NCBI RefSeq assembly: GCF_964204645.1
Contig: NC_134032.1
Coordinates: forward strand, 11,334,275-11,398,274
Source: Tubulanus polymorphus
Lineage: Eukaryota; Animalia; Nemertea
Direction of reading: 5' to 3'
Length of the DNA: 64,000 nucleotides
In this document: piece after piece, positions 62,243 through 64,000 of the stretch
How the letters are laid out: the number at the start of each line of letters is the position of its first letter
Numbering within the stretch: position 1 is the first letter of the stretch
Made by a program: the position numbers and the translations under genes
The notes under the pieces: model-generated
Database searches by the model: none
What the model saw: the letters and a program-made list of their open reading frames with translations, nothing else
What the model was told of the DNA's origin: nothing

Positions 62243-63014
62243 AATAGTAACACCGTCGCAAATATACTATACGGTGTTACATATCCTACGTCGGAACAAA
62301 GAGCATGTTTTTGTCTGACTGGCAATGTGTACACGATGTGTGCTGGTACGCACACTGATTGCATATGAATCAGTTTCCAAGGTGGGAGTTTGTGAGAAAA
62401 ACGGAAGAGCATTTAGTTGCTATATTTAAAATAAAAGGATTTTTAAGGGATGGTTAGCGTAGTCCGGGAGGTAGTAGAATGGTAGTAGCAGGGATTGAAC
62501 ATACCAAATAGGGTAAGGTTAGAAGCGGGTGAGGTCATGGTTTAGGAATTTGAAAAAAATGTACAAATTCCCATATAAGTCTAAGGTTTTTGCGTTAGAG
62601 GAAGAGAAATCAGAAAGAAATGTAACAACAAGAAAAGAAAATAAGGAAATCATTCCAGATAGAAGTGCTAGTATTTAATAATCTACTCTTGAGGAAGAGG
62701 CAGATCAGCGAAAAGAACCAGGTACATAGAAGATCCAGCGGTACAACATTAGTGAGAACAACGATAGATGACACAACGAGTGGTGGAGGTCTTCGTGAGA
62801 CCAACAACTGGAGGAGAATTGAATAACAATTGGTTTTTTTTACAGATTGTTAAATGCCATTACAGTGGAGATTGTATAGTCGCATTACAGTAGGAGCTAC
62901 GGATAAATGACGACGTAAACTTGACGTACAAAATACAAAATACAATTTACAAAATCAGAAACATTTTTCTTCTGAACAGACATCTTTCCGATAAATCATC
63001 CAAAATGAAAGTTG

Positions 63015-64000
63015 TTACCCGTGAACACCATTTGAATCGCTGCTCTGTCGTCTTGAACAGCGACACTTACTCCAAAAATTTTTGAATATTCTTATCGCTT
63101 CGGCCCTGAATCTGTCGTTAGTCCCGCAATATACGAATTAATTGACGCTCGAATCTAACGGGGTCATCACGTCAGACCCAAAAGATGATATACGGATAAG
63201 TGTATTCCGAACTTCATTGCCAACCGGCTTCGGTACACCTAAGTCAAATAGCATAACTCCATAAACCCAAAGCGAAGAAGGAAACTCTAAAATGATGAAT
63301 AAAATGACAATAGCGAGCGCCATTTTAGTCGCTTTTCGGTCGAGATTGCTTAACTTCGAATCTTGGGTGCCAAGATTTTGTCTATTTTTACCAATTCGTT
63401 TCAGCAAATATATTAGAACGACATTGAGGGTTATAAGCAATAGAATCGGTATCAGACTCGTCAAAAGTGTCGTTAAAATCAATTCTCCCCAATAATGAAG
63501 ACCGAACTGAATATCAGTTAATCCCCTTCGGGCCAGTATTGGAACGTAAAATTTTGTACACGTATCAAACCAATAGAATAAATGGCTTATATTCACAAAA
63601 TAAGGAAGACCGAAGAAAGCGAAGAAAATGTATTGCAAGCAAACGCATATCAATAAGCGTCGTTTGGTGATGTGAGCCTGCGCGAAGAGCGGGAAACTAA
63701 GACTTATAACCCGCTCCGTCGCTATCAGAACCGTTATCCAGTTCCTCGTCAATTTCGTAGACCGGTTTAGGATAAACATACCAAAATACATCCAATAAAA
63801 CCCGATAAAATTTGAACTATGATGAACCTCGGCGCGTTGAATTGAAACCCCGTAAACTAATATATTCAGCCACGGACGCAGGACGTCGCGAAAGAATTTG
63901 ACAGAGAGATAAGAAATATCAGCGACGGCCAAAGCTTCGAGCAGAAAGAGCGACCGGTGCTGCGACGATTGTCGTTTCAGGATCACGATACTGAGACTGT
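63015..64000 (-). pseudogene. Second GPCR copy (5' end off the right edge) with a premature stop in TM7
   Basis: Near-identical to 59210-60195 at offset +3805. TAT(Tyr)>TAA at 63138-63140 removes the last 41 aa; the downstream coding sequence and the original stop (63015-63017) are still present. Could be a sequence error. Confidence 0.75.

Larger units (their letters stand above)
57715..64000. repeat. Tandem segmental duplication, ~3.8-kb unit (GPCR plus ZnF remnant)
   Basis: Sequence from ~57715 (aaatgac..cccagttgtgcggtcgtgacttgagac) recurs from ~61520 to the end of the window; the offset is 3805 within the GPCR CDS. Confidence 0.93.

Overview
Eukaryotic, not prokaryotic: an intron-rich, MITE-rich metazoan region, probably from a spiralian/lophotrochozoan invertebrate (inferred from gene families only). 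I built four gene models by hand using GT-AG boundaries and reading-frame phase. (1) A clavesin-type CRAL-TRIO gene on the minus strand (coding exons 33838-33759, 30756-30452 and 1555-1125, continuing off the left edge) with a 28.9-kb intron full of MITEs, minisatellites and a tandem duplication that carries a truncated LINE. (2) A 7-exon, 342-aa coclaurine-N-methyltransferase/CMAS-family SAM methyltransferase on the plus strand (37644-42600), head-to-head with the clavesin gene across a CTCF-like motif. (3) A ~3945-aa predicted secreted protein on the minus strand (57055-44612, last exon 11.4 kb): signal peptide, His-rich divergent F5/8C (discoidin) domain, Lys/Pro/Arg block, a large Thr-rich 9-aa repeat array dense in N-glycosylation sequons with nested 108-aa and 712-aa higher-order repeats, and a basic tail with no TM helix. 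(4) A ~3.8-kb tandemly duplicated cassette, each copy holding an intronless FMRFamide-receptor-like/Srw-type GPCR and a decayed two-finger C2H2 exon; the second GPCR has a TAT>TAA stop in TM7. The best candidate for an undescribed system is the block-structured discoidin/N-glycan mucin. No CRISPR array, rRNA or intact tRNA was found.
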